NCBI RefSeq assembly: GCF_006345805.1
Contig: NC_043012.1
Span: 44,702,001 to 44,766,000, forward strand
Length of the DNA: 64,000 nucleotides
Reading direction: 5' to 3'
Origin: Octopus sinensis
Taxonomy: Eukaryota
Shown here: positions 62,921 to 64,000 of the stretch, in pieces
How positions within the stretch are numbered: the first letter of the stretch is position 1
Layout: each line of letters opens with the position of its first letter
Made by a program: the position numbers and the translations under genes
Notes under the pieces: generated by a model
Databases searched by the model: none
What the model was told of the DNA's origin: nothing
The model's input: the letters and a program-made list of their open reading frames with translations, nothing else

Positions 62921-63124
62921 TGTGTGTGTGTGTGTGTGCATGTATATGTTTGTGTGTCTGCGTTTGTCCACCCCCCAACATCGCTTGACAACCGATGCTG
63001 GTGTGTTTACGTCCCCGTCACTTAGCGGTTCGGCAAGTGAGACCGACAGAATAAGTACTAGGCTTCCAAAGAATAAGTCCTGGGGTCAATTTGCTCGACT
63101 AAAGGCTGTGCTCCAGCACAGTTT

Positions 63125-63500
63125 AAGGAAAGCCGCTCTGTAGATCGTGAGCTTTCTGCTCCAATAACCGACATTCAGGTCTCTCGTAGAGGATTTCCCC
63201 GCTTGGCTGTTGATATAAGTTTTGAGAGAGAAGTGTGCACAATACTAACTTTATCGCTTATTGAACCATATTGCATCATAGATGTGTTGTTCGTTTACAT
63301 TCCATATCCACCCTGCACCTAAATATTTCCAGATCATCTTGGGCGGAGGCATTTATGGCCTAAATGGTATAGCCTTTCATATTGCGATATGGCACTTGTG
63401 GGATGCAAACTTGCGTTGCACGGCCTCGCGTTTCAGTAATATTTTTCGATTACGAACTTTTTCTCTTACCGGTCACAGTTCGCGTTGAAGAGCAATAAGC
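63125..63500 (-). mobile_element. Decayed CR1-group LINE 3' fragment
   Basis: Manual translation: LKREAVQRKFA..KMIWKYLG, parallel to ELEAIQRSY..IWKILEG of the 40-kb LINE. Confidence 0.45.
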
Positions 63501-63629
63501 TTTGTTTCTTTGGATAATTAATAAAGTTACAGCTGGTGGTTAGTGAATTTACTATTTACTTTCCACTTAAAGAGAGTGCCTACATGTCAAATATTATTTC
63601 AGAGTCTATCAATATTTATCCGGAGAAAT

Positions 63630-63840
63630 GGCGGCGAGCTGGCGGAATCGTTAGCGCGCCGGACAAACGCTCGCGGCATTTCCATCTTTACATTCTGAAT
63701 TCAAATTCCGCCGAGCTCGACTTTACCTTTCATCCTTCCGGGGCCGATAAAATGGGTACCATTTAAGTACTAGGGTCGATGTAATCGACTTATACCCTTC
63801 CCCGAAACTGCTGGTCTTGTACCAAAATTTGAAATCAATA
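63630..63840 (+). mobile_element. SINE family A (tail 3)
   Basis: GGCGGCGAGCTGGCGGAATCGTTAGCGCGCCGG..AATTCAAATTCCGCCGAG..CCTTTCATCCTTCCGGGGCCGATAAAATG. Confidence 0.9.
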
Positions 63841-64000
63841 TTTATCTATCGGGAGAGAGGTAATCGATTTTGTTTGTTTTCTTTCATTACGATCAATCTC
63901 TGTTACTTCTATGTATCAGAGAAGATTAATCGCAGCACAGTATACTAGAACTTTCAATGACTCAATGTTGGAATTTTCGAGCTTTGATAATTGTTCCTTA

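Larger units (their letters stand above)
60637..63120 (+). mobile_element. SINE family B split into 60637-60669 and 62721-63120 by an insertion
   Basis: Head CAGGAGTGGCTGTGTGGTAAGTAGCTTGCTTAC resumes as AAGTAGCTTACTTACCAACCACATGGTTCCGGG at 62721. Confidence 0.92.

Overview
AT-rich eukaryotic DNA that is almost entirely repetitive. I can support no host protein-coding gene, rRNA, true tRNA or CRISPR array. Nearly all ORFs in the supplied track are translations of microsatellites (TA, TG, TATG, TAA, TAC, GA) or of antisense repeats. The SINE families and microsatellite load look like a cephalopod (Octopus-type) genome; this is inferred from recall, not from a search. The real coding relics are all transposable elements: many R4/Dong-type RLE non-LTR fragments sitting in or beside microsatellites; a young 5'-truncated CR1-group LINE (40015-41605); two L1/Tx1 ORF2 relics; two L1/Tx1 ORF1 (CCHC) relics; a Gypsy LTR element with its 3' LTR and PPT; an internally deleted mariner; and decayed APE endonuclease fragments. 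At least three tRNA-derived SINE families are present. The main unexpected signal is a set of type-I hammerhead ribozymes: four with complete cores and stems (8964-9048, 10889-10962, 11404-11487, 32721-32809) and several decayed ones. They repeatedly occur as divergent inverted pairs, and one lies directly downstream of a tRNA-like Pol III head. This suggests a Penelope-like or retrozyme-like non-autonomous family. Also notable are a 2.05-kb ORF1-only (HAL1-like) element inserted with a 15-bp TSD between the A and B boxes of a SINE, and a SINE that shares its 3' end with the CR1-type LINE in the same window. Repeat boundaries were read by eye and are approximate unless exact motif positions are given.
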